In this document: positions 9,432 through 18,125 of the stretch, in pieces
Numbering within the stretch: position 1 is the first letter of the stretch
How the letters are laid out: every line of letters begins with the position of its first letter
Origin: a virus
IMG/VR virus record: IMGVR_UViG_3300035698_016830
Coordinates: 1-29,236 of that record
Length of the DNA stretch: 29,236 bases
Direction: 5' to 3' (one strand)
The notes under the pieces: model-generated
The model's database searches: none
What the model was told of the DNA's origin: nothing
What the model saw: only the letters and a program-made list of their open reading frames with translations
Translations under genes and position numbers: made by a program

Positions 9432-9633
9432 TCTCCAATTCTTTTAAGAGTTTCTCAAATGCCTTTATACTGGCTTCAGTTCTTCTCACAAGGCCAACAG
9501 AGCCTTCCATAATGTAATCTCTATTATTTGGCTCTCTCCTTATCCAGTAAGCATCTATCAATGCTTTTTCAGAGTCTATGGCAAGGTGTAGGGCCTGTAT
9601 TAATCTTAGTCGTTTTCTTTTTGTTATTTTCAT
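9424..9633 (-). CDS. Hypothetical protein
   Basis: ORF in the packed leftward block. Confidence 0.6.
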   Translation of the reverse strand: MKITKRKRLRLIQALHLAIDSEKALIDAYWIRREPNNRDYIMEGSVGLVRRTEASIKAFEKLLKELENE

Positions 9634-9638
9634 TTCTT

Positions 9639-9806
9639 TTAATCTTTAAGACAATGGTTAATAGCGAGTAAAGCGAGACCAGCACCCCATAGTCCGGTGT
9701 AAATTAATACTGAGACTGGATGTAGAGGCTATACTAATGCAAGTCCTACTGCTATGCTTTGAAACCCTAGTTGGTATATGAGTAATTTATTTTTATTGAT
9801 ATTCAT
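9639..9806 (-). pseudogene. Small membrane-protein ORF interrupted by an in-frame TAG
   Basis: MNINKNKLLIYQLGFQSIAVGLALV*PLHPVSVLIYTGLWGAGLALLAINHCLKD*. Upstream GAGATTGAATAAAATG context is identical to that of the def gene. Confidence 0.5.
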
Positions 9807-9821
9807 TTTATTCAATCTCTT

Positions 9822-10058
9822 TTAATCAAATGGGTTTGGGACAATTGGTATATCTTTGGCTTTCATTGTTTTTAGTTTAGTAAGGTAGTCTCGGTGCTCT
9901 TTAAGGAGTTTTTCTTTTAATTTTATCTCACGCTTAACATTAACTACCATAACCTCTTTAGCTTTTTTAAATTGTTTGTATATTTCATCATTGTGGTTAT
10001 GTAATTTTTTTGAGATAAAGGCTGTTAATTTATTACCAAGGGTATCATAGAGTTTCAT
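9822..10058 (-). CDS. Hypothetical protein
   Basis: ORF with GAAGGAG RBS. Confidence 0.6.
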   Translation of the reverse strand: MKLYDTLGNKLTAFISKKLHNHNDEIYKQFKKAKEVMVVNVKREIKLKEKLLKEHRDYLTKLKTMKAKDIPIVPNPFD

Positions 10059-10063
10059 CTTAT

Positions 10064-10285
10064 TTAATCTCCTTCAATTTTATTAATAAGTTGTTGGGCA
10101 TCTTTACCTATTTGAGCCTCTGGAGCGATGACAATAATACGTTTTGCTATCATAATCAGGCTATAGATATGCTTCTGCTGCTCTTTTGCATACCAACTGT
10201 TCTGTGCGGGGCATTTAATCTCTTTACAGGCTTTAAGATTTCCTCGTAGCGTGCAGTGTTTACATTCATCTAGTTTTTCGAGCAT
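10064..10285 (-). CDS. Hypothetical Cys-rich protein
   Basis: CKHC...C...C; packed ORF. Confidence 0.6.
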   Translation of the reverse strand: MLEKLDECKHCTLRGNLKACKEIKCPAQNSWYAKEQQKHIYSLIMIAKRIIVIAPEAQIGKDAQQLINKIEGD

Positions 10286-10290
10286 TGATC

Positions 10291-10758
10291 TTACCCTTTC
10301 TCACCTACAATACAAATTCCATTAAGATGATCAACTTCGTGTTGATAAATTCGGGCTGACATATAAGATAGCGTTCCTGTGACAAGTTCATTATTCTCAG
10401 TTTCGTAGGAGACATTAATCTTTCTATGCCTTGCCACCTCTACATACTTGCCAGGATAAGACAGACACCCCTCTACCTGTTTGCTTGGTAGTATATTGGG
10501 TAGGGCATCTGAGAATTCAGGGTTAATCATCACAGTGTAAACAGCCCCAGGAATTTCTTTGACTACGATGATTCGTTTAGCGTAGCCCGCTTGGTTGGCC
10601 GATAGACCTACCCCATGCTTGCTATTAGCCAAGATGTAGATCATATCACGGGTTATATGTCTGATGTCTTCATCAGGGCTTATAGGCTCACATATGGCTT
10701 TTAAAATGGGGTCACCATCAAGCCTTACTTTTGCTGTTGGTCTTTGTTTTCGTTTCAT
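10291..10758 (-). CDS. def: Peptide deformylase
   Basis: All three PDF motifs: GVGLSANQ, EGCLS, QHEVDHLNG. ATG at 10758 follows GAAGGAG. Confidence 0.95.
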   Translation of the reverse strand: MKRKQRPTAKVRLDGDPILKAICEPISPDEDIRHITRDMIYILANSKHGVGLSANQAGYAKRIIVVKEIPGAVYTVMINPEFSDALPNILPSKQVEGCLSYPGKYVEVARHRKINVSYETENNELVTGTLSYMSARIYQHEVDHLNGICIVGEKG

Positions 10759-10814
10759 TTTATTCAATCTCCTTCAATTGTTGCTCTTTTGCAGAGGGCG
10801 TGATGTATCATGGG

Positions 10815-11432
10815 TTATTCCTTAATCCATCTCTGAGTATTGATACAGATTGCTTGGATCGGGTCTTTCCATATTTTCCACCATCTTAGGCCACTTTTCC
10901 CATCCATAGCTAAAATTGCCTTGTCAGAAAAAGCAAACCAGTCGTCCATAGAATGGAATTCACACCCAATTCTTATGTGCTTATCCCAGACAAAAACAAA
11001 ATAATCAGAGCAATCAAGTTGATACGGGGTTAGTAAAATCTCTATGCCATTTTGAATTTTTGCCCCACGCAGGTTTGCCCAACTCAGATTTGCCCAACTC
11101 AGATTTGCCTCACTCAGATTTGCCCCACGCAGGTTTGCTCCACGCAGGTTTGCTCCATGCAGGTTTGCCCAACTCAGATTTGCCCCACGCAGGTTTGCTC
11201 CACGCAGGTTTGCCCAATTCAGATTTGCCCCACTCAGATTTGCCTCACTCAGATTTGCCTCACGCAGGTTTGCCTCACTCAGATTTGCCCCACTCAGGTT
11301 TGCTCCACGCAGGTTTGCCCCACTCAGATTTGTCCCAGTTCTCAATGCCTCAAGAACGGTATTCTGAGTTGTTTCATAATCGCCCTCAAATAAGATGGCA
11401 TCCGTTACTCTGTGTTTGATCGTGATTTTCAT
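10815..11432 (-). CDS. Pentapeptide-repeat protein
   Basis: About 18 tandem ANL(S/R/N/H)(G/E/W) repeats. C-terminal 'IRIGCEFH...W' domain is common in phage pentapeptide proteins. Confidence 0.92.
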   Translation of the reverse strand: MKITIKHRVTDAILFEGDYETTQNTVLEALRTGTNLSGANLRGANLSGANLSEANLREANLSEANLSGANLNWANLRGANLRGANLSWANLHGANLRGANLRGANLSEANLSWANLSWANLRGAKIQNGIEILLTPYQLDCSDYFVFVWDKHIRIGCEFHSMDDWFAFSDKAILAMDGKSGLRWWKIWKDPIQAICINTQRWIKE

Positions 11433-11473
11433 AGTTCTTATCCTTTCAAAATATCTTGTAAAGGTGGCTAAGT

Positions 11474-11761
11474 CTATTTATGGCAGGCACCACAGCGACC
11501 GCGAGCTTCGATGATAAATACGCCAGTGCTACCGGGAGGACCCTCTCGTTTGATTTCTGCTAGCTTTCCTCCGTGGTTTTTGTGTATGTGCATTATAGCA
11601 GTATGCATTGCTGCATTTCCACCAGAGTGATCTTCTCTTGTGATTTTAGAATGTATTTCTTCCCACCACATACAAGCAGAACCCAAACAAAAGCTATGGC
11701 ACACGTCTTTATCTCGTATTGGGCATATTTTAGTCATTGCTTCTTTTTCTGTGTGTAACAT
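11474..11761 (-). CDS. Hypothetical Cys-rich phage protein
   Basis: TEKEA..KICP...CLGSACMWW...GRCG; GAAAGGACAAG RBS. Confidence 0.65.
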   Translation of the reverse strand: MLHTEKEAMTKICPIRDKDVCHSFCLGSACMWWEEIHSKITREDHSGGNAAMHTAIMHIHKNHGGKLAEIKREGPPGSTGVFIIEARGRCGACHK

Positions 11762-12104
11762 TTTCTTGTCCTTTCATTTTTTTCATTGCTATACAAATAG
11801 GGCAGGTTTCTTTGTCAGGGTCAGGTTGTCTATCAGTTATTATCTTCTTGGCTTCATCAAGATTAGCAGGAATGAAAATGGAATTGCTGGTTGCTATGTT
11901 TTTGTGGAATGGTGATAGTAAACCAAAACACAAGGCAATGGCATCACAATAGCCGCTATGATCAAATTCAAGTCCATCAAGGAATGGGTGAAAAAGTACG
12001 ATGGAATGATCACGACAATCATATACATTAAGTTTGGTTATATTTCTGTAATGATCAACTTCAGTTGAAACATTCCAATCTGATTTTGCATCTATGGTCA
12101 GCAT
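11730..12104 (-). CDS. Hypothetical protein
   Basis: TTTGAAAGGATAAGAATC-ATG start context. Confidence 0.65.
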   Translation of the reverse strand: MLTIDAKSDWNVSTEVDHYRNITKLNVYDCRDHSIVLFHPFLDGLEFDHSGYCDAIALCFGLLSPFHKNIATSNSIFIPANLDEAKKIITDRQPDPDKETCPICIAMKKMKGQENVTHRKRSND

Positions 12105-12164
12105 GATTCTTATCCTTTCAAATCCTCCTGGCTGATTCCAGGAGGAGGTATTAGTTGCTGGATA

Positions 12165-12317
12165 TTAAATCGGATAGGTTTCCATTTCTAGTCTCAAGGT
12201 TTCTTTGAGCTGCTCTAAGTTGAGGTTTTTGAAATGCTTGGTTGTTGCAAAAACCTCATTGATGGGCATTCTTCTTACCATGTTCATTCTGATTCTTTTT
12301 GCTATTGTGGTCTTCAT
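12165..12317 (-). CDS. Hypothetical 50-aa protein (start re-called to MKTTIAKR)
   Basis: TTTGAAAGGACAAGAGTT-ATG. The track's TTG start at 12392 is the -35 box of a promoter. Confidence 0.65.
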   Translation of the reverse strand: MKTTIAKRIRMNMVRRMPINEVFATTKHFKNLNLEQLKETLRLEMETYPI

Positions 12318-12363
12318 AACTCTTGTCCTTTCAAATGTAGTACCTATTAACTTTATTGACCCT

Positions 12364-12443
12364 ATTGTAATGTCTATCGGGTTATTAGTCAAGGTAATTA
12401 TTGTAAAAATTATGTAATATCTATAATTTATGTAAGAATCTGC
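12364..12443 (-). promoter_or_regulatory. Repeated promoter cassette, copy A
   Basis: GCAGATTCTTACATAAATTATAGATATTACATAATTTTTACAA box, then TTGACT-17-TACAAT with CCGATAG in the spacer. Confidence 0.85.
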
Positions 12444-12514
12444 ATTATTACTTCAAAACAAAGGTTTATTTTCTTGTCCTTTCAATAAATGATTAACTTG
12501 TAAAAGTTATGTAT

Positions 12515-12570
12515 AATATATAGTCTATCGGGTAGATAGTCAAGCGAAATAATGTAAAAATTATAATATA
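12515..12570 (-). promoter_or_regulatory. Repeated promoter cassette, partial copy B
   Basis: ATAATTTTTACA...TTGACT-17-TATATT with CCCGATAGAC in the spacer. Confidence 0.75.
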
Positions 12571-12581
12571 TATAAAAGTTC

Positions 12582-12610
12582 TTGATTTTCTATGTACAAT
12601 GTATTATAAT
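12582..12610 (+). promoter_or_regulatory. Divergent sigma70-like promoter of the rightward block
   Basis: TTGATT-17 nt-TATAAT. Confidence 0.75.
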
Positions 12611-12655
12611 AGTATATCAGTAAAAAATACGAAATGACAACTTTGGAGTGATAAG

Positions 12656-12919
12656 ATGCAAAGGCAGATGACAACTTTGGAAAATTGCATAACGATCAAT
12701 CAAGCAAAACAACTGTTTCGGCGAACAGAGATGACTATCTATTTATGGCGTCGGGATAAAGGTATGCCTTATATTCAGCTGCCAGGCGGTAAACTAAAGA
12801 GTGTTAGATTTGATGTAGATAAGATATTAAAGTGGGCAAAAACCCTTAACATTAGATACGAACAGGATCAGCTAGATGTTATTCGAAAAAATAATAACCA
12901 GTTTACCTCAATTAACTGA
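12656..12919 (+). CDS. Excisionase/MerR-like helix-turn-helix protein
   Basis: ITINQAKQLFRRTEMTIYLWRRDKGMPY...VRFD...ILKW. Confidence 0.75.
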   Translation: MQRQMTTLENCITINQAKQLFRRTEMTIYLWRRDKGMPYIQLPGGKLKSVRFDVDKILKWAKTLNIRYEQDQLDVIRKNNNQFTSIN

Positions 12920-13358
12920 TGCAGAGCGTCAGAAGGTTAAAGCGGTAGTGGACAGCCTCTTTACGGAGAAGCCTGCTGTTCGGTCTTCCTCTGTGCCAGT
13001 AACAGTGACTTATTCTGCTATGAAAACAAGCTTTGATTGTTGTGGTTTATCGGTGATGGTACCGCAGGGCATTCTGTTTAAGAGGAAAAAAGATAAGGAA
13101 GCAGCAGCTTGGTTATTTACCTGGGCACAGGAAAAGTTTGAAATTAAAGATCGTAGGGAAACGTTAGCAATAATGACTTTTTTGGTAAGCTGCCTAATTA
13201 ATTATTTACGTGATATAGATGTTCCGGTTTCGGTTGGAATTGTGCTAAACAATTTACGAAATACGCCGCGAGCCGTAGATTTTAATTTTCCAGGATACCT
13301 AGAGGCAGGACTAGGTTCTGCAATTGTTCAAGGAGTTTTAAATGGAAACTCAAAATAA
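12876..13358 (+). CDS. Hypothetical protein
   Basis: 160-aa ORF in operon. Confidence 0.6.
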   Translation: MLFEKIITSLPQLTDAERQKVKAVVDSLFTEKPAVRSSSVPVTVTYSAMKTSFDCCGLSVMVPQGILFKRKKDKEAAAWLFTWAQEKFEIKDRRETLAIMTFLVSCLINYLRDIDVPVSVGIVLNNLRNTPRAVDFNFPGYLEAGLGSAIVQGVLNGNSK

Positions 13359-13623
13359 TATCAATGGAGAAATGTTTTTTCTAACTACCTCAATATCTTT
13401 CTGTGAGCATGAAAATGATCTTGTAGAAGCCCGTGTTGGGATCTGCTTTGGATCAAGGTCGAGTATGGATATTATGGAGATGGCTAACTGTGAGTATAAT
13501 CCTTTTCATAAGGACTTTACTGATCATTATATGAAATCAATGGGAAAGAATAAAGAAGAGGCTTCTGAAAACCTAATGGAAGCTCTTTATGGTCTACCTG
13601 AAAACGAAGCTTGTTTAGTATAG
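13342..13623 (+). CDS. Hypothetical protein
   Basis: AAGGAG RBS; overlaps the upstream stop. Confidence 0.6.
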   Translation: METQNNINGEMFFLTTSISFCEHENDLVEARVGICFGSRSSMDIMEMANCEYNPFHKDFTDHYMKSMGKNKEEASENLMEALYGLPENEACLV

Positions 13624-13650
13624 TATAATAGTAGTTGGTAAATAGTGTTC

Positions 13651-13782
13651 TTGATAAGTTCTTTGATAATTTATATTATAGGTTTATATATTCGACCAAA
13701 ACTAGATTACTAAGCTGTAACGTGAGGCATCATTTCTTGGTCGAACTCTGTCCCACGTACAGCTTCTTTTGGAGTTCGACCT
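13651..13782 (+). promoter_or_regulatory. Promoter plus structured leader RNA of HNH-AP2 gene, copy 1
   Basis: TTGATA-17-TATTAT. Pairings covary with copy 2 (see findings). Confidence 0.75.
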
Positions 13783-14313
13783 ATGAAGAAAATAATACTA
13801 ACGCAAGGTCAATATGCATTGGTAGATGACGAAGATTACGAATGGCTGAATCAATGGAAATGGTATGCACACTGGTTTTCGTGTACCAAATCATTTTATG
13901 CTGATAGGGCTGAGACCAAACCTGGAGGAGGGCAGCGACATGTTCGGATGCATAGACAAATTTTGGGTTTGAAGCATGGTGATAGACGGCAAGTTGATCA
14001 TGTAGAACACAACACTTTAGATAATCGTAAAAATAAGCTTCGTATTGTCACTCACCAACAGAACAGTTTTAACATGTACGAGGTAAAAGGATATTATTTT
14101 AATAAATCTTCTGGTAAGTTCCATGCTCAGATAGGTGTTGGTGGTGAAAACAAGTTTCTAGGACGATATAACACTACCAAAGAAGCCCGTACTGCCTATC
14201 TCGAAGCGAAAAAGAAATACCATACCATTTCAGATGACAGTAGTACAGCAAGAAGACCAAGACTAAAACTAATAGAGAAGGAACCAAGGTACATATTGAA
14301 GGGTCTTTACTAG
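13783..14313 (+). CDS. HNH-AP2 homing-type endonuclease
   Basis: LTQGQYALVDDEDYEWLNQWKW, MHRQI, VDH..HNTLDNRKNKLR..T..QN, AP2-like AQI...KFLGRY.T..EA..AY. Confidence 0.88.
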   Translation: MKKIILTQGQYALVDDEDYEWLNQWKWYAHWFSCTKSFYADRAETKPGGGQRHVRMHRQILGLKHGDRRQVDHVEHNTLDNRKNKLRIVTHQQNSFNMYEVKGYYFNKSSGKFHAQIGVGGENKFLGRYNTTKEARTAYLEAKKKYHTISDDSSTARRPRLKLIEKEPRYILKGLY

Positions 14314-14349
14314 TGTTTGAATGTGATAAACTGCTTCAGACTGTATAGT

Positions 14350-14432
14350 AATATATCTGATACCGATACCAGTAAGACGGTTGGATTCCGGTATCTTGGT
14401 AACAAGCTGGTAATCGGTATTATATATTTTTT
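14350..14432 (+). other. Long stem-loop element 1 with T-tract
   Basis: TGATACCGATACCAG pairs with CTGGT(A)ATCGGTATTA, followed by TATATTTTTT. Confidence 0.6.
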
Positions 14433-14463
14433 AAACGAGTTATTAATTAAGAAGGAAAGTAAA

Positions 14464-15096
14464 ATGAAAAAAGATTTAACAGATTTGACAGTAGTACTTG
14501 ATAGAAGTGGTTCCATGCAAATGTGTAAAGAAGACGCAGAGGGTGGGGTCAATCAGTTTATTGAGGACCAAAAGAAGCAAGAAGGAGAATGTCTTTTAAC
14601 TCTAGTTCAGTTCGATACTGATTATGAGTTTGTGCATAATGGCGTACCTATAAAGGATGTCCCCAAATATAAGTTAGTTCCAAGGGGAATGACGGCACTT
14701 CTTGATGCTGTTGGCAAAGCCATTAATGAAACTGGTGAGCGTTTAGCAAAGATGAATGAGGATGATCGCCCTGGTCTGGTTGTTTTTGTGATTGTGACTG
14801 ACGGAGGCGAGAACTCAAGTATGGAGTTTAAAAGAGCTCAAATTAAGGAAATGATTGAGAAGCAAACTGATGAGTATAAATGGGAATTTACCTTCATTGG
14901 GGCTAATCAGGATGCTTTTGCTGAGGCAGGTAGTATTGGTATTAGTATTGGTAAGACGGCTAATTTTAATGTTAGCAAATCCAAGCAAGCTTATGCGGGT
15001 CTGTCTCGTAATGTAAGCAGCATGCGAGGTCAGTCTGCTGGTGGTCAAAGTGTGAAGTGTTGTTATAGTGATAAAGAGCGAAAAGACATGGAATAG
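14464..15096 (+). CDS. von Willebrand factor type A domain protein (start re-called)
   Basis: MIDAS DRSGSM, PRGMTALLDA, VIVTDG.EN.S, FIGANQDA. GAAGGA RBS before ATG 14464. Confidence 0.9.
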   Translation: MKKDLTDLTVVLDRSGSMQMCKEDAEGGVNQFIEDQKKQEGECLLTLVQFDTDYEFVHNGVPIKDVPKYKLVPRGMTALLDAVGKAINETGERLAKMNEDDRPGLVVFVIVTDGGENSSMEFKRAQIKEMIEKQTDEYKWEFTFIGANQDAFAEAGSIGISIGKTANFNVSKSKQAYAGLSRNVSSMRGQSAGGQSVKCCYSDKERKDME

Positions 15097-15104
15097 TATA
15101 AGTT

Positions 15105-15219
15105 AGATATCTGATACTGATATGGTGCAGATGGCCGTCACGGCAAAAGAAGATCAACTTTTGTACACCGTACTTATTGATAAAGTTAGGTCGACGTGAC
15201 TCAGTATCAGATATTTTTT
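15105..15219 (+). other. Long stem-loop element 2 with T-tract
   Basis: Perfect 14-bp inverted repeat ATATCTGATACTGA / TCAGTATCAGATAT enclosing 80 nt. Confidence 0.6.
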
Positions 15220-15245
15220 AATTTAAAGGAAGAAAGGATAAGAAT

Positions 15246-15461
15246 ATGTATTATGTAATTCATCAGAACACGGTTGATCAGGTGACTAAGGAACAGCTTG
15301 AATCCCGTATAAATGAAAAGTATTATGGTGATGGTTTAGTTTTTGATAGTATGCCAAAGGATAAGGATACTAATTATTGGGGTGATGGTATCTTAATTAT
15401 AAAAGGAGATTTGATTTCTCCTATAGCGGTAACGACAGTTACAAAGTATGAAGTTGAATAA
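15246..15461 (+). CDS. Hypothetical protein
   Basis: GAAAGGATAAG RBS. Confidence 0.65.
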   Translation: MYYVIHQNTVDQVTKEQLESRINEKYYGDGLVFDSMPKDKDTNYWGDGILIIKGDLISPIAVTTVTKYEVE

Positions 15462-15469
15462 GGTAATAA

Positions 15470-15553
15470 GCCTGGATGATGGAATTGGCAGACATGGGAG
15501 GCTTAAAATCTCCTGCTCAATAGAGTATATGGGTTCGAGTCCCATTCTGGGCA
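15470..15553 (+). tRNA. tRNA-Leu (anticodon TAA)
   Basis: Acceptor GCCTGGA/TCTGGGC-A, D-loop GGAATTGGCAGAC, anticodon arm GGAGG-CTTAAAA-TCTCC, long variable arm, ATGGG-TTCGAGT-CCCAT. Confidence 0.92.
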
Positions 15554-15575
15554 ATTAATGGTTGATTTTTGTAAA

Positions 15576-15661
15576 GCTGGTATAGATTGTTAAGGAGGCA
15601 ACTCAGACTGTAAATCTGAATCTCGAAAGAGGCCGAGTGGGTTCGATACCCTCAACCAGCA
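15576..15661 (+). tRNA. tRNA-Tyr (anticodon GTA)
   Basis: Acceptor GCTGGT/ACCAGC-A, anticodon arm TCAGA-CTGTAAA-TCTGA, variable arm TCTC-GAAA-GAGG, GGG-TTCGATA-CCC. Slightly irregular D and T arms. Confidence 0.85.
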
Positions 15662-15683
15662 TTATTAAATTAGGAGTATAAAG

Positions 15684-15830
15684 ATGACAGGAATTCAAGA
15701 GACGGTTAGATTAGGCTTAAAAGCTATGATGGAGTATGTTGAAGAAGGAAGATATGGCAAAGATGATGACTTTGATGAAGAATCTTTCATTAATGATCTT
15801 GATGATTATGTTACCAATGTTACGCAGTAG
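15684..15830 (+). CDS. Small acidic protein (48 aa), missed by the ORF track
   Basis: AGGAG RBS; MTGIQETVRLGLKAMMEYVEEGRYGKDDDFDEESFINDLDDYVTNVTQ*. Confidence 0.6.
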   Translation: MTGIQETVRLGLKAMMEYVEEGRYGKDDDFDEESFINDLDDYVTNVTQ

Positions 15831-15849
15831 CAAATTAAAGGACAATAAA

Positions 15850-16425
15850 ATGAGAACGAAGGAAGAACAAGAACGGAACAAACAAAATCCTATTTACGGC
15901 ACTGACTTCAGTAAACCAATAAGCGTTCTGCTTCAAGACGTCAGAAATGATCTTGTCAGGCTTAGAGGAAGGCTTGGTGATATTGAGCGTGGTAGTGTAC
16001 ATGAAGAAAGAATTCAATATATCAGTGGTTTACTTACTGGTGGGGTAGTATCATTGGGGGTTGAGCTTGAGAAAATATCAAAAATTGAAATAGTATTGGA
16101 TGATTATAAGTTTGGTCAATCATATCATTTTGCCTCAAGAGGTATTGGTATTGCATGGATATCATGTTTTGTTTGTGGGGGAAAGCCTGACATGAAATCC
16201 AATCTAGCCTCTTTTGTTAATTCTAAAGAAGACGGTGAGATCATTACAAGTTGGTTCTCCCATGGAGCAGTGTTGGATTTTAGAGAGCATGAGCCTAATT
16301 GGATACAGGTAAAAATAGGAGCTTGTCAGGGTCATTTAGAAGCTTTGAAAAAGTTAGAGGAAAAGACTCTAATCCATAAGGTAATAAGAGAAGCAGACGT
16401 TGTGAGTATTCTTGACTCAGAATAA
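15850..16425 (+). CDS. Hypothetical protein with CxxC (start re-called to MRTKEEQ)
   Basis: AAAGGA RBS; CFVCGG...C..H possible Zn site. Confidence 0.65.
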   Translation: MRTKEEQERNKQNPIYGTDFSKPISVLLQDVRNDLVRLRGRLGDIERGSVHEERIQYISGLLTGGVVSLGVELEKISKIEIVLDDYKFGQSYHFASRGIGIAWISCFVCGGKPDMKSNLASFVNSKEDGEIITSWFSHGAVLDFREHEPNWIQVKIGACQGHLEALKKLEEKTLIHKVIREADVVSILDSE

Positions 16426-16438
16426 AAGGGGCTAATAT

Positions 16439-17878
16439 ATGCAATTATCTACAGGGATTCAAGAAGGTTTGCTGTCATTACTTTGTTACGATGACTCTCC
16501 TGGTGGTGGTAAGTTTGTAGCAGGCCTTCTTGAGCACGCTGATTATGATCCATATTATAGAGACATAGCAAAAGTTTCATTAAGATATATTTCTAAATAT
16601 GATAAGGTGCCCGGTGAGCACACGATAGACCTAGTTGAGCAGCTGCAAAGAAGGTTCCCAGAACAAAGTTCACTATTCAACCAAATTTACGAAGTCATCA
16701 CAGAATTACAGGAAACATCGAATAGGGAATTCATCTTATCACAAGCCTCAGCATTTTGTAGATACCAAGCTTTAAAGCAGGGTATTTCCTCTGCTATTGA
16801 CCATCTAGACGCTGATACAGAAGAAGGGGTAGAACAAGCTAGCTTAGCCCTTGCGAGCAGCCTAGATAGATCCTTTGACCTATTTGATACTGGTACGCTA
16901 CTAAGCGATACTTCTAAATCATTAAGATTCTTAGACGCTTCCAATATGCCATTTCTGTGTGGTATAAAAGAGCTGGATGATGCAAGATTAGGGCCAGCAA
17001 GGAAAAGGCTTCATTTAATGGTGGCTCCATCAGGTAGGGGTAAAAGTTGGTGGTTGGTACATCTTGCCAAGCTGGCTTTGCTGCAAAGGAAGAAGGTGCT
17101 ATACGTCACTCTGGAATTGAGTGAAGAGGAGGTGTGCGGTAGGTTTATGCAATCTTTGTTTTCGATTAGAAAAAGAGAACAAGAAATAGCAACTCAAATA
17201 TTCAAACAAGATGATAGGGGTAGGTTTTCCTCTATGTCCAGTGTTGTCATTAAGGGTAGGCCCCATTTAGAGCAGCCTGGAATAAGGCAGCACCTTATAG
17301 CAAAAGTTGGATCAGTATTAGAGGGTAGGCGACCACCATTAATTGTAAAAGAGTTCCCAACAAAATTTCTTACAATTAAGGCATTGGAATCTTTTATTGA
17401 AATGCTGCAAGCAAGTGTTAATTTCATTCCCGATATGATTTGTATAGATTATCCTGATCTTATGGCCTTGCCTACTATTGGCGAATATAGGCATAGCATA
17501 GGGTCTTTGTATGGGCAGCTAAGAGGTATAGGAGTCAAGCAGAATATAGCCATCTGTGCCGTGACACAAACGAATAAAGCAGGGGCAACAGCACGCTTGG
17601 TAACAGAAGTTGATAGTGCTGAATCTTATGAAAAGATAGGTATATCTGATACCGTATTTACATATTCACAAACCAAGGCAGAGAAAGCTTTGAATTTATC
17701 ACGTATATATGTAGATAAGGGCAGAACTGATATTTCCAAGTTTGAAGTTTTGATTTCACAGGCTTATGGTATAGGCCAGTTTTGTTTACATAGTGTTTTG
17801 AAATCAACTAGTTATGAGCGTTTTCTTGACGGACCACAAGGTAATAATGAAGAGGACTTTGATGATGATGATATATAG
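16439..17878 (+). CDS. DnaB-like (SF4) replicative helicase
   Basis: Walker A APSGRGKS, VLYVTLELSE, ICIDYPDLM, VTQTNK, KGR, acidic tail. Confidence 0.9.
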   Translation: MQLSTGIQEGLLSLLCYDDSPGGGKFVAGLLEHADYDPYYRDIAKVSLRYISKYDKVPGEHTIDLVEQLQRRFPEQSSLFNQIYEVITELQETSNREFILSQASAFCRYQALKQGISSAIDHLDADTEEGVEQASLALASSLDRSFDLFDTGTLLSDTSKSLRFLDASNMPFLCGIKELDDARLGPARKRLHLMVAPSGRGKSWWLVHLAKLALLQRKKVLYVTLELSEEEVCGRFMQSLFSIRKREQEIATQIFKQDDRGRFSSMSSVVIKGRPHLEQPGIRQHLIAKVGSVLEGRRPPLIVKEFPTKFLTIKALESFIEMLQASVNFIPDMICIDYPDLMALPTIGEYRHSIGSLYGQLRGIGVKQNIAICAVTQTNKAGATARLVTEVDSAESYEKIGISDTVFTYSQTKAEKALNLSRIYVDKGRTDISKFEVLISQAYGIGQFCLHSVLKSTSYERFLDGPQGNNEEDFDDDDI

Positions 17879-17889
17879 AAGGAATACTT

Positions 17890-18081
17890 ATGTGTGACAT
17901 ATTAAAATTTTCAGATAATGAAATAGTAAGCCAAGCTTTAGATCAATGGGCTAATTTTATAGAAACGGGATCTATACTTACTTCTGCCGTTGATTTGGTG
18001 GCTATGTCGGATTCAAATAAATCTTTATTTATAGATAAGAGGGGGCTTAAAGTAAAAGCCTTAACTAGTCATCAAATGTAG
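17890..18081 (+). CDS. Hypothetical protein (frame continues past TAG to TAA at 18126)
   Basis: GAAGGA RBS; located between the two helicases. Confidence 0.55.
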   Translation: MCDILKFSDNEIVSQALDQWANFIETGSILTSAVDLVAMSDSNKSLFIDKRGLKVKALTSHQM

Positions 18082-18125
18082 GTTATTGTTAGGCTTCGCA
18101 AGTTGAGTAAGAAAGTAACCAAATA

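Noticed and set aside
11052-11419. Plus-strand repeat ORFs (QVCPT / HAGLP)
   Set aside because: Shadow frames of the pentapeptide repeat gene.
13611-13648. Second GT-periodic tract (GTTTA GTATA GTATA)
   Set aside because: Only three units, partly coding; compatible with chance.
13635-13829. Paralogous 63-64-aa ORFs here and at 19700-19891
   Set aside because: They start upstream of the shared promoter, and their similarity is explained by conserved promoter/RNA DNA and the HNH 5' end read off-frame. A leader-peptide role is not fully excluded, since both frames stay open.
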